Below, piece after piece: positions 36,108 to 47,214 of a stretch of 64,000 nucleotides of DNA (its first letter is position 1; each line of letters begins with the position of its first letter). The translations under genes and the position numbers were made by a program. The stretch is from Bdellovibrionales bacterium (GTDB lineage Bacteria > Bdellovibrionota > Bdellovibrionia > Bdellovibrionales > UBA1609). The stretch is taken from positions 2,272,001 through 2,336,000 of the forward strand of contig CBDCMT010000001.1 in assembly GCA_965219095.1 (NCBI GenBank). The letters run 5' to 3'. The notes under the pieces were generated by a model, which was not told the origin of the DNA, did not search any database, and worked only from the letters and a program-made list of their open reading frames with translations.

Positions 36108-38499
36108 TCTTTTCTGTTCGTTTCTCTCCTATCCACAATAAGCGTACACGGGTTTTGCTTATTTCATAGACTAAGGTGAGATACTGATGGTTCTTTTTCC
36201 GTAACTGCTCACTCTCGTAAGTTTTTATTTAAAGCCATAGAGATGGCTTCTAAAGAAGAATACCCTTTATTTCTCATTGTTTTAACATAGCTGGTAATAC
36301 GACAAAAATATTTCGCCATTTCTTCTGTTCTGAAACACCCTGACACTTTCTTTTTCACTTTAGTCATTCTTAGATCTCTTTCAGCTCTGTTATTAGTAGG
36401 ATCTACGTTCTTTCTTTTAGCAAAGCACAGTATTTCTGCTTCATACTTTTTAAATCGCAGCCAAAGGTTTTGAGCTTGTGTATGCTTTATTCGTCCTTTC
36501 TTGCCATTTTTCTTAGGAAATTCTGGAAGCTCTTTTAAGCCTTTTGTAAGAATACTCCTATACCTTCTCTGAAGAGTTTCGTACTCTTTTTGAGTCAGAA
36601 CTCTTGACTCTTTTTTATGAACTAGCTCCACAGTCTCTTTAAGAAGTTTTTTGAGATTTGTAGCCCATTTGAATCCATTGCTTTCTTCTATAAATTTAAG
36701 CTCTCTCAAAAGGTGAGCCACACACAAAGCATGAGTTATCTTATCATAACAAAAGTAAGGACTCCAACAATCATGCACAAGCACTCCTGCATATCTATCC
36801 AAGAGACCAATATCTTTTATGGCTTCCCTTCCACGTGAAAGGTGGAGAAACTGCAAGACTAATTCTCCTGAACTATAAGTATGAATCCAGTAGTTTTTAC
36901 CCTTAACCCTCATAGAGGTCTCATCAACATGAATGAGCTCTGATTCAAGTATCTTTTCTTTCATCTGCTCTTCCCAACTTTTAAGAAACTCTCCTAATTC
37001 AGCAATGTATCTCAACATAACTGCAGGAGAAATCATTCGACCTATAAGCCCCATGTAATGTTCCCCAACACGCTCTAAAAGACAGCATCTGAACTATAAT
37101 GAAATTGATGATGGAAGCTCTAATGCCTATACCATACTGAAGAGGACCACTCATACCTTTAGGGAATTGACCTTTATTTCTAGCTCCACATGAGGGACAA
37201 TTCTTAACTTCAGAAGTTACAGTATGGGTCTGAATTTCATAAAAAATATCAATCTTTTTACGCTTCTCAAGGCTTTTTACCTCTGCTGTCTTTAAAAACA
37301 TCCCACACTGAGAACACTCTGAGGGAGAGACAGTCTCCTCACTGTTTTGTATCTTTACTGTTATCAAGTCTAGAGCCCTTTTTCTGACTCCCACTAGCTT
37401 TCTTATTACGATTCCCTTGACGACTAAAATCTTGCGAAGGAGGAAGACCGCTGTTGCTGGAATTTTTTCGAACCTGTTTTTCTAAAAACACAACAATCAG
37501 AATGTTCACAACCTTAAAGAGAGATTCAACAATCACAGAAATCTCAGTAGGCACAGAACCTTTCTTTGCAAACTTATCAAAGTCACTTCTTATATTTTTA
37601 ATCTCATTTCTGATGGAGGTCTTATTTATTGTCATTTGAAAAAAGTATTTAAAAGAAAATCTGTAAGAGCAAGACTTTTATCTTAAAACAGGTCTAAAGT
37701 TAGGGATAACTGAACAATGTAGGTGAGCAGTTACCTTTTTCCATTGTATTTCATCTACACCTATAGCTTGTATTCCCTTTAAAACCCTTTGTTTTAAACC
37801 ATATTCTACGACCCGTTCTACCGAAGCATAGACCTGATTCCAACTGACATGAAACTTACAAGAAACCTCTTTCCAAGACAGGTGACGACACCAGTCTGCT
37901 AAATACTTCATGTAAAAGATCGTTAAACTCTTCTTACCATCGGCCCAAGGTAAATGTTCAACTTTTACCCCACAGCAAGGACAATTAACTCTTCTTACAA
38001 AATAAACAAAAAACACCCTGTAACTTAAAATAGGAAGGGATTCAAAGTCCCGTGATGATTTACTGCTGTCATACACTGAACAGGGCTTCTTACAAACACT
38101 ACAAAAAGCTTGGCCATTTTTACGAGCCTTAATAGGAACATTAATTGACTTTCTATCTTTTGAAAAATAAATGTCTCCGTATACAAAAGACTTCCATCTT
38201 AAACAATCATTTAGTATAGTCTTCAAAAGCATCTCTTCCCTCCTTTTTTTTTTTTTTTGAATAACATTTTAAGGCATCTGGGAAGTAGGTGCTTCTTTTT
38301 TAAAATTTTAATGTAACACAGCAAATAAAAGCAAATAAAATGAATGTTTTTGAGTTCAATCACCGGAGGTGATAGAGGCCAGTAAGGGCCTCAAAGAACT
38401 CAAAAATACAAGATAGAATGTCTTACTCTTACTTTGATTAATATGAGCTCTTTTGGGGGATTTTTACTACTTTTTACCCACAGATTCCCGGGAGGAGCC
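36108..38499 (-). mobile_element. ISL3, 3'-truncated and interrupted by IS66
   Basis: Left end GGCTCCTCC at 38499; ORF 37678-38232 continues at 36108-36200 after the IS66. Confidence 0.9.
36201..37734 (-). mobile_element. IS66-family type A, full length with frameshifted transposase (ORFs 37339-37635, 36999-37394, 36209-37054)
   Basis: IRs GTAACTGCTCAC; 8-bp TSD CTTTTTCC; NSSNSGLPPS, HVDET, CVAHLLREL and TNNRAERDLR motifs. Confidence 0.94.
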
Positions 38500-38527
38500 G
38501 TAATTTCTAGCCAAGGGGTATAAAAAC

Positions 38528-39547
38528 TTAAACTGTGTTGATGGAATCCATACAAAAATAGCTCACTGTTTTTCGCCCCCCTTTTTTTAAAAATTCTATA
38601 TAAAGACTTTTTAAGAGCTTATGCCTTAAAGGCCTAGGAAGTCTAATTTTTTTATCAAAACCTTTTATGACTTCAAAATCCAGAAGATTTGAGTTAGGAT
38701 AATTTCTTTTGAGTTCTAGAAAACTTTTTTGAGAGTATCGAATAGCACCTAAAGAAGCATAGCTTAATTTTTTGAGAGGTATGTGTTGATTCAATTGAGA
38801 AAAAAGCTCTCTGTATTCAGAAAGTAAGTTTTCAGAAGGGATAATAGGGTCAAAATGAACGCCTATTAAAAAACCTTTTTTATAAAGAGTTTCTATAGCT
38901 TTTAACCTTTGAACCAGACTTGCCGTCTTGTGATCATACTTTTTAACTGACTTTTCAGGAGACAAAGAAAAACTGATAATGATGTTTTCTAAGGGGGGGA
39001 GAGTTAAGAGGCGACGTATGTTGACTGACTTACTTCTTATTTCCCAAAAAGCTCTTTTGTGGGACTTAAAGAAATCATAGAAGAATTCTATTTCTCCTGT
39101 GAGGTGAGTGAGTGCTAAGGAATCGGTAAATTCTCCGCTATGAAACCAGATTCTTTTAGCAGTATCTTTTACTAAAATTTTTTTTATTTCACAAGATATA
39201 TCTTCAAAATTGATAAATAAAACAAGGTCAGGAGAGTTAAAATAACCTTGAAGGTAGCAGTACTCGCACTCATAAATACAGTTAAAGGCTTGAATGAAGT
39301 AATAATGGGATTCAGAATCATGTTCTAGACCATAAGCTGAAGGAGCAGGCTTTACTACATGTCCTTTTTTCTGTGCAATGAACAAATAAAAATTATCTCT
39401 TTTTTGCAAATAGGGCTTTTTGACTTTCTCAAAAATATCTCTGTAGTTTTCAATTGTGATTTTTTTAACTTTAGGAAAGAAGCTTGTTATTTTTTTCGTT
39501 CTATAATGATGAAGTATATCCTTTTCTATAAAAATCTTTTCGAACAT
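38528..39547 (-). CDS. Spore photoproduct lyase-like radical SAM protein
   Basis: NCIYECEYCYLQG CxxxCxxC motif; SGEFTDSL, FSLSP and HFDPII motifs. Confidence 0.85.
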   Translation of the reverse strand: MFEKIFIEKDILHHYRTKKITSFFPKVKKITIENYRDIFEKVKKPYLQKRDNFYLFIAQKKGHVVKPAPSAYGLEHDSESHYYFIQAFNCIYECEYCYLQGYFNSPDLVLFINFEDISCEIKKILVKDTAKRIWFHSGEFTDSLALTHLTGEIEFFYDFFKSHKRAFWEIRSKSVNIRRLLTLPPLENIIISFSLSPEKSVKKYDHKTASLVQRLKAIETLYKKGFLIGVHFDPIIPSENLLSEYRELFSQLNQHIPLKKLSYASLGAIRYSQKSFLELKRNYPNSNLLDFEVIKGFDKKIRLPRPLRHKLLKSLYIEFLKKGGRKTVSYFCMDSINTV

Positions 39548-39549
39548 GT

Positions 39550-40557
39550 CTAAAAATCACCCTCAAGTGTGTTTTGTATTTCTTCGTAGGGCCACTGGGA
39601 AAGAGCAGACTTTAGTTGTTCATAATCTTTGAGGTTGGAAATTTTCATCTTAAGTTCTATGTCTTTGGTTTCAAAATCAGATTTGAACTGTACTTTGACT
39701 CCAAAAGATTTAATCTCTGAATTCATTTCATCCAGTACTTTTTTAAGATGACTCATTTCAGGAGAAAGTTTTCTTTTTAGAGTTTCAATGAGCTTTTGTG
39801 TTCTTTGTTTAGGGTGTTTGATTTCTTGTGGAATTAAGACAGTTTCTAAAGAAAAGTTCTTATCTTTTTTCTTAAGCTTCTTTAAAAGAGATTTGATTTT
39901 CTCCTTTTGACTGAAAGTAGCATAATATTTTGAAGGTAAACCAAGATGATCTTCTTCTTTTTTCTTTAAAGAAAATTTTTGAGATAAAAAATGTTTTAAA
40001 AAAGCATAGCTAAAAAGAGGATCTTTTGATAAAGCTTCTTTGCAAACCTTTCCCCCTCTATCGAAACCCCATTTAAAACTTTCAAAAGGAATGTTTAGTT
40101 TGTCGCTTGTAAAAGCTAAAGCCCATAACTCTCTATCAACTAAGCTTCCAAAATAAGAAAGTTCTTGAGAGGACTCAAAGTCTAAGACTCTTTCATAAGA
40201 TGAAATACAGTCCAGACCTTTTTTAGGAAGACTTGTATAACTTTGAAAATGCATTTGTTTAAGTGTGTGAAAAGCGTAGCAGGTTCTTACGGAATAAAGT
40301 TTTCCTAGAGCTATTTTTTCATCTAAAACACCTGCCACACCGTAGTTGATAAGGGAGTGAGGCTTCATGTTTTGGCTTAAAAGAAAACCTAAAGCTAAAG
40401 AGGTTTTGTGAAGAGATTTTGTAAGCCCCTCTCCTGTAATCAAAAGGTAATGATTTTCTGAGACCATAAGTTCCTTACAGGCTGTTTTCTCATAATGAAA
40501 ATGTTCTAAGAAAGCTTGAGCTTCTCTTTTGTGGGCTATAGCAATGAGGTTTTTCAT
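39550..40557 (-). CDS. Nucleoside phosphorylase/MTA-SAH nucleosidase-like fold protein with C-terminal extension
   Basis: A...EA, LLITGEG, INYGVAG and LVDRE (DME-like) motifs; 2-bp gap to the SPL-like gene. Confidence 0.55.
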   Translation of the reverse strand: MKNLIAIAHKREAQAFLEHFHYEKTACKELMVSENHYLLITGEGLTKSLHKTSLALGFLLSQNMKPHSLINYGVAGVLDEKIALGKLYSVRTCYAFHTLKQMHFQSYTSLPKKGLDCISSYERVLDFESSQELSYFGSLVDRELWALAFTSDKLNIPFESFKWGFDRGGKVCKEALSKDPLFSYAFLKHFLSQKFSLKKKEEDHLGLPSKYYATFSQKEKIKSLLKKLKKKDKNFSLETVLIPQEIKHPKQRTQKLIETLKRKLSPEMSHLKKVLDEMNSEIKSFGVKVQFKSDFETKDIELKMKISNLKDYEQLKSALSQWPYEEIQNTLEGDF

Positions 40558-40993
40558 AGCTTCTTATTTAAAGTAAAAGGGTTAACAATTCAAGTCTTTG
40601 ACTTTTGGTTGAAGCTCTGCTAGCCTTTAGCTTATAGCTTATGTAGCTTATGGTGCAAACGTAGCTCTAACTTAATAACTTAATCGACTAGGTGATGTCA
40701 TCAATTGATTTAATGTGGGAACCTTATTTGAGGTCTGTGGTCTCTTGGGATCTCTTTCTAAGTTCTTTATGGACATTCAAAGAGCCCATCGTCGTTTTAC
40801 TTGTGAAGAAATCTGGAGTTTGGAAGAGAATTTTTCCATTTATAAGAGGATTCTAAGGATTCTAAAAATGAACATCTTGTAGGTCGTTTTGATAGATGAT
40901 TTTGAAGTTCTCTTCTTCTTTCATTGGCAAACGAGGCTTGCTCCTGACTTTATCGGTTCGGAGCAGTGCACAACTTCTAATCACCTGATATTA

Positions 40994-42407
40994 TACCATT
41001 TCCAAAAATTAATTCGACATTCTTTTAACGCATAGCGTCCTGGCTTTTTGATCAAACTCTGTTAAATTTTTAGAGTCATGTCGAAAAAAGATTTAGTTAC
41101 ACAGATTCAAGGGTATAATTTTCTAGCTACTTACAAAGTAGAAAGAAGTGCCAACATCAAGATAAAACTCCAAGCTTTGCAGCATATGCAAGAAGGAAAA
41201 TCGATTCAAGAAACAGCAAGTATAGTTTTCTATCACCGTCACAGTATCAAATCCTGGTTACAGTCTTTTTTTGTAGACTTTGATTACGAGGGGTTGATAG
41301 ATCGAGAAGGCAGAGGGCGCAAGCCTCGTTTACCAGTGACAGAAGAAGAGAACTTCAAAATCAAGTTAGATGAAATTCAAGACAAGAGAGAAGGAGGAAG
41401 CATAGGAGCAAAGGGAATACAGGAACTTTTAGCAAATGAATTTGACTGTTGCTATTCTCTTTCTGGGGTTTATGCTCTCTTTAGACCGTCTTAATATTGT
41501 ATGGATCAGTGGTCGTTCTCTTCATCCTAAAACTTCATTAAGAAGCTATGGAACAGTTTAAGGAACATTTTCCAGAAGAGGTGGAGAAAATAAAGGAAAA
41601 GATTCAGACTCATAAAATAGAGATTTGGTGGCAGGATGAATGCAGAATAGGCTCAGCAAGGTTCTTTAAGCAGGATTTGGGCAAGAAAAGGCACACGACC
41701 TAGAGTTGTGAGACAAAGACAATTTTTATCCACTTATATTTTTGGAGCAGTTTGTCCGGATAAAGATAAAGGCTGTGCTTGGGTTTTACCGGAATGTAAT
41801 TCAGGGATGATGCAAATTCACTTAGATGAGATATCTAAAAATATTCAAGAAAACTATCATGGAATTGTTTTAATGGACAGAGCCAGTTGGCATACCACAG
41901 AGACTTTGATAGTTCCTAAGAATTTATCCCTGATGCCTTTACCTCCTTATAGTCCAGAATTAAATCCCATGGAACAAGTCTGGCAACAATTACGAAGGAT
42001 CAAATTATCGAATGCATGTTTTAAAAACTATGACCATATACTGAATACTTGTTGTGAGGCCTGGAATACTTTTTGCGATCAGGAGGGCAGGATTAAAAAA
42101 TTATGCACTCGATCTTGGGCAAAACAACAAGATGAATCAAGCTTGTAAATTAATTTGAACCTATAAATTAAATTGCGTAACTGATTTTTTTCATTTTACA
42201 TCTTAACCTCACTTTTTTACACTTATTTTAACCCATCAATCGATTCACACAACAATAGATATACATAAAATAAACATATCTTATGAAAACTCAACCTCCC
42301 TTCAAAAAAAACTTTTTTAAAGCCTCCTAATTGAAACTTTTCCTTAAGTCAATTTTAAAATTTTAAATTTGAACATAAAAATGTCGAATTAATTTCTGTA
42401 ATTGGTA
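40994..42407 (+). mobile_element. IS630 type C, frameshifted transposase (41078-42148)
   Basis: Imperfect IRs TACCATTTCCAAAAATTAATTCGACATT; WQDE, MDRASWH and LPPYSPELNPMEQVW motifs. Confidence 0.88.
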
Positions 42408-42410
42408 TTA

Positions 42411-42655
42411 CAAGGTTTTTAATTTTCAGGACACGCAACACTTTTCGCTATAGGTCAAGAGTTTAGGTGTTTTCTAGTCGATATGCAAGCTCCTGTCTTT
42501 GAATATCAAAAGCTTGGTAAATTTTCTTAGCCTCTTTCGACAGTTCTTTAGAGATCATATATTTTTGTTTTTGAATTCTTTAGAATCCACTTTTCCACCT
42601 CACATAATATTCTAATTAAGGTTTCTACTCCATAATTTAAGCCCTTTGATTTCAA
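42411..42655 (-). pseudogene. IS1634-like transposase C-terminal remnant
   Basis: Minus strand reads ISKELSKEAKKIYQAF, similar to RALSKEAKQIYAVF at 46019-46354. Confidence 0.5.
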
Positions 42656-42656
42656 A

Positions 42657-42726
42657 AGTGAATACGCTTAGATTTTCCTGTCGATCTCTCTAGAGAAAAA
42701 CCCTGAAAACCTAAACGGAAGCACTA
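42657..42726. mobile_element. 70-bp IS630-type MITE, second copy
   Basis: Similar to 14403-14472. Confidence 0.78.
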
Positions 42727-43429
42727 TATAATCGAGAGATTAAGTCTTGGAAGCTCTGTGAGAGCTTGGACGGGGTTCATTCAAAACAGGCTCTGAAAGC
42801 CGCAGTCCAATCTGTTTCTGGGAACTTAGAGGGCTTGATAATCCACTCGGATCAAGGGGTTCAATATTGTTGTGAAGGGTTTAGAAAAGAATTGAAATTC
42901 TTTGGCCTCAAGCGTAAGTCGGTTTTTTAACAGCCCTTGACTCCTATAAGAAGATGTTTCTTAGATTTTAAAGGAGAAGTTTTTATTGATCTTGTTGTAA
43001 AACAAGCTTGAACAAGCCTGTAAGACGTTTTCCTAAGATCTTCCCCGTTACAAAAGTATTAGAGATAGAATAACTCTTAGTTTTTTTTTCGTATTGTGAT
43101 TTTCTTTGTGCTTTATTTTTTAAGAACCCCTCTCCTTATAGGAGTCAAGGGCTGTCAGACAACCGAGTTACCCTCAAGCAATCTATGTCTAGGAAAGGAA
43201 ATTGTTATGATAATGCGTTTGTGGAGAGCTTTTTCCATACGTTGAAGGATGAACTGGAATACAAAGACTGTACAACAAAGGAAGAGTTGGAAAAAAAAAT
43301 TGCAATTTACATGGATTGGTATAACAAGGTAAGAATGCATTCTTCCTTGAAATACATGAGCCCAAAAGAATTTAAACAAAGGAGGGCTTTAAGAACATAA
43401 AAACTGTCCACTTTTTTGGGGGAAGATCA
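42727..43429 (+). mobile_element. IS3 3' fragment interrupted by an IS66 MITE
   Basis: Matches the orfB end and IR of the element at 16698. Confidence 0.88.
42914..43171. mobile_element. 258-bp non-autonomous IS66-B derivative (MITE)
   Basis: GTAAGTCGG...CCGAGTTAC ends; 8-bp TSD CCTCAAGC; no ORF; body matches 14549-14764. Confidence 0.92.
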
Positions 43430-43466
43430 AACTCCAAAAACCCCTTAGTCTTTCATTCAATGGAAG

Positions 43467-43802
43467 GTGGAATTGTGCCTTATAACGACCATTCGCTGGG
43501 CTTTTGATAAGTCTTTTAGGGCTTGCGGACTTCCTTGGAGAGGAACTCACATTTGCCGTCATACTTATGCCACAATGGCTTTGATGGCCACAAAGAGCCT
43601 CTCAGCTGTCCAAGCAAGTCTTGGACATAAGGATCAAGCTATGACTCAAAGGTATGCGAAAGTGGTAGCTCTCATTAACTCGGATATAGCGGAAAAAACA
43701 GCTCAGATGTATGAATTAGAAAGTTTAAACCAACTTTCAGAAACAAGTTTCAAAGCTTCACCTCTTAAACTTAAAGACAAAGAAATTTTGGAAGTGAAAT
43801 GA
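43467..43802 (+). pseudogene. Tyrosine recombinase/integrase C-terminal fragment
   Basis: HICRH and LGHKDQAMTQRYA catalytic motifs; N-terminus absent next to an IS3 end. Confidence 0.8.
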
Positions 43803-43897
43803 AGACTAGCAAGCCGGAAAAATAGGAGTTAAAAATCACTCCTAAAATCACTTCAAAAAGCAAAATAAATGGGTTTTTTTAGCTTGGATTTTGTGAG

Positions 43898-43934
43898 GAA
43901 AAAAAGAAAACCCCTCCAACAAAGGGAGGGGTTT
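43898..43934 (-). terminator. Intrinsic terminator downstream of the pilin gene
   Basis: 10-bp stem AAACCCCTCC/GGAGGGGTTT followed on the minus strand by a T-tract; 16 bp after the pilin stop. Confidence 0.75.
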
Positions 43935-43950
43935 CATATGATTTTTTTCT

Positions 43951-45654
43951 TTATTTTTGAGATAACACCTTGACTTCGTCTATCCCCCAGTTTGAATTTG
44001 TCGTGTCTTCCTCTCCCGTTGCACAAGCATCAAAACCAGTAGCGGTTGTTTTGCATGCAGCATTCAAGTCTGCTTCTGTAATGGCTGTACCTCCACTACT
44101 AGTACAGCATAACATTAAATTTTAATATTTTCATAATGCCTCTTAAACTTATTTCTAGCCTTATTATTTGTAAACTGCCAATTAATTTTGATTCTGTCTT
44201 TGTTTCTCTTACGGGTCCAAGTTTCTACTTCTTTTTTTAGTTGTTCAAAACTTCCTATACGTCGGTTTAAACATTGCTTTGAAAGAGCCGAAAACTCGAT
44301 TTCTGCCATATTTAACCAACTGGCCTTTTTAGGAGTATAAATCATCTCAAGTCTATTTTTTAACTCCAAGGCCTTTTGAGCTGGCATGTTCTCATAAAAA
44401 GAAGAGCCATTGTGAGTGTTTAAATTATCTTGTATCAATGTGATCTTGTCTACGTCCTTATAATATAAGGACATTTTTCTCATGAAAAGAGCATAATCTT
44501 TCTTTGTTTTTCTCTTTCTTACCTCTACAATTCTTCTTCCACTCAATGGCTCTATGGCTAAGAACACAACACAGGTTCCATTTCTTTTGTAATGATAATC
44601 CTCTCTTTTTTCTTTTCCAGGGCTTACAGGAACTGGCATCAAAACATCTTCTATCAATTGACAAGGACGCTCATCAAAACAAAGAACAGGACGATTAGAA
44701 TCTAGCTTTCTTTCATAAACTTCTAAAACAGACTCCATTTGGCAAATAAAATGAGAATCGATCTTGCTTAAACACCACTGTCTTTTTAAATGAGGTTTGA
44801 CTTCGTTTTTTTTAATATACGACCCACATGGGTGTGAGAAATAGAGTCTACAACATTTAACTCAACCAACTTATCAGATAGCATCTGTAAACTCCATCGA
44901 CCATAACCTTCAGGAGCTTTCGTACAAGCTAAACTCGTAATCTTCGTCCTTTGCTTCCCTGTAAACTTAGGAGGCTTTCCAGGACGAGGAGCATCATAAA
45001 GTGCTCTCCCTAATCCTCCCTTCAAGTACCCTTCTTTGATATTTTGAATAGTCCCTAAAGTTCTCACTCCAAGAATCTCACAAACCTCTGTGGAACCCTT
45101 CCCTTGATGGCTTAAAAGTAAAACCCTGGCTCGTGTTAAAACTCGAGACTGATTCACTCCCTTCTTCAACATCTTCTCTAATTTTGTCTTCTCTGAACTC
45201 TTTAACTTTATCCTTACTTTTGGCTTTCTTTTTGCTTTTGGATTTGCTCTTGCCTTTGTTTTTAATTTCATCTTTGATCTCATATCCCCTCCTTGGACTT
45301 TTTATTAAACTACAACAAATATTATAGGAACAACAAAAATACAAGTCAAATATATTGAAATTTAAGGTTATGCTGTACTAGAAGGATGAACAGAATCTGC
45401 TGGGTTAGCTGTACAAGTAGATGCAGCCGTAATATTAGGGGCATTCCCTGAAGCTTTAAATCCTACAGCGTAGTGGGGTTTTCCAGTAGGTTCATCAAAA
45501 CCTATTGTTGTAAGATTAGCACAGTAGCCTGAGTGCTCATAACTAAAAGCTTTTTCCGCAGTAAAAAGAGCACCTAAGTTATTTTAGCTTCACCGCTTCG
45601 TGCTTTTTTTCTAAACCCATCGAATGCAGGAATGGCAACTGCTGCAAGAATTCC
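43951..45654 (-). pseudogene. pilA: Type IVa major pilin pseudogene (5'-truncated, frameshifted, IS630-interrupted)
   Basis: Reconstructed GILAAVAIPAFDGFRKKARSGEAK(N)NLGALFTAEKAFSYEHSGYCANLTTIGF...C...C...WGIDEVKVLSQK*; the frame is continuous across the removed IS630. Confidence 0.85.
44102..45378 (-). mobile_element. IS630 type B, two-ORF form with a likely -1 frameshift at AAAAAAAAC (ORFs 44786-45283 and ~44115-44800)
   Basis: IRs GTACAGCATAAC; TA duplication in a CTAG context; CFDERPCQL, QDNLNTH and ASWLNMAEIE motifs. Confidence 0.93.
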
Positions 45655-45657
45655 TTC

Positions 45658-45777
45658 CATGGAACAATTGTCGTAGGTTCTGGTGATGGAAATGTTTATT
45701 CTTTAGACTTTACAACAGAAAAAGAATTAGTAACAACATATCAAAAACAGGTTACTTGCAAGGAGGAAGCAAAATAG
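45658..45777 (+). pseudogene. C-terminal fragment of a PQQ-like beta-propeller repeat protein
   Basis: HGTIVVGSGDGNVYSLD...EEAK* fits the PQQ-repeat pattern; no start; joined back-to-back with the truncated pilin. Confidence 0.5.
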
Positions 45778-45782
45778 ATTGC

Positions 45783-46380
45783 CATTGGAAAACTGTCAGA
45801 ACCTCCAGGAACTTTACAGATTCTTTTGAGGAGGCATAAATTTTATCATTTTCTAAAGGGCGAACTCAGGACTCAGAAAGAAAATATGGATAACCAGCCT
45901 TTTTTTTGAAAGGCTGGGACTTAAAAACCCTGATTAGAAGAGTTAGACTCATCTAAGAAATATCCTCCTCAGTAGAAGTCAAGGGCTGTTAAGAAACCGA
46001 CTTACGGTTGTTTTAAGTTTAGGAAGAGTTTTCTATGAGAAAAGGTTTTTTTATGTAATCTTTTTTAAATACAGCATAAATCTGTTTGGCTTCTTTGGAT
46101 AAAGCTCTGGGGACAAAATAGGAGACAGAAGGTTTTTTCATTTTGTCTCCAATCACAAAAGATTCAACCTCTTTTAAAGTATCAATAAGCTCATTAAGGC
46201 TGTAATGAAGAGTAGCTTTTTTTAAAGAGAGTTCTACATACTTCAAGACAGTGTAAGCCAAAAAACAAATAAAAAGATGAGATTTAATTGTAATAGACGT
46301 TCTATCCCCTCTTCTTATTATTTCACATCTAAAGAGTAGAAATTTATAGGCCATCTTAGTGATCTTCCCCCAAAAAAGTG
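45783..46380. mobile_element. IS debris: ISL3 right end (~45783-45836), IS66-B end (~45950-46004), IS1634 C-terminal remnant (46019-46290), IS3 IR (46360-46380)
   Basis: Similarity to the other copies; SHLFICFLAY motif. Confidence 0.75.
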
Positions 46381-46668
46381 CATTGGCACACCCTCCAGTC
46401 CAGAAGGATTCTCTTCAAAAAACTTTTTGCCTTTCGCATTGTCTTGGCCTTTTGCAACCGCTAGGTGAGCCCATAAAGTACGTTTCAGGGGGAGGAGCTA
46501 GTGTTCTGACCAGTTAATTCTTTTACAGTTCTTCTAAGGTGAAGTTATGAAAAAAATTTACTGGCTAAAGCACTAGAAAGAAGTTTTTTCATTCAAAACC
46601 CTAAAACTCGCAGGAAAGCTTTCTTAACTCTTTTCAAAAGCTGAAAATTATTATAATATATCCTTACG

Positions 46669-47214
46669 ATGAAAGAAACGTACCAGCAAGATCGCAAATT
46701 AACAGAAAGCACAAGGTCTTTTGCTTTTACCACAAGGCTTGAGTCTATTGTCGCATGGGGTCGTAAAAATTCTCTTTGGCCTATGCCTTATGGCACAGCT
46801 TGTTGTGGTATCGAAATGATGTCTGTTTTTGGACCTCGTTATGATTTAGCTCGTTTTGGAGCTGAGGTGGTAAGGTTTTCTCCCAGACAGGCAGATCTTT
46901 TGATTGTGGCAGGAACCATTACAGAGAAAATGGCACCTGTGATCACTCGTGTGTATGAACAGATCTTAGAACCTAAGTATGTGATCGCAATGGGAGCTTG
47001 TGCTAGTTCTGGCGGTTTTTATAGGGCCTATCATGTGCTACAAGGTGTGGATAAAATCATTCCTGTGGATGTGTATGTTCCAGGCTGCCCTCCTACACCT
47101 GAAGCAGTGATAGATGGTGTGATAAGAGTGCAAAAAATGATTGAAGACAAGACCCCTCGCCCTTGGAAAAAAAACTGGCAGTACAAACCTCATAGGAGAA
47201 AAGAGCCTTGTTAG
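46669..47214 (+). CDS. nuoB: NADH-quinone oxidoreductase subunit B
   Basis: [14 protein letters not shown] and PGCPP motifs. Confidence 0.97.
   Translation: MKETYQQDRKLTESTRSFAFTTRLESIVAWGRKNSLWPMPYGTACCGIEMMSVFGPRYDLARFGAEVVRFSPRQADLLIVAGTITEKMAPVITRVYEQILEPKYVIAMGACASSGGFYRAYHVLQGVDKIIPVDVYVPGCPPTPEAVIDGVIRVQKMIEDKTPRPWKKNWQYKPHRRKEPC

Noticed and set aside
40620..40700. TAGCTTA short repeats and a tmRNA-tag-like ANVALT stop
   Set aside because: No acceptor stem or T-arm; the repeats are too few and irregular for an array.
43467..43802. Prophage or integrative element around the integrase fragment
   Set aside because: No phage or conjugation genes, att site or tRNA nearby.
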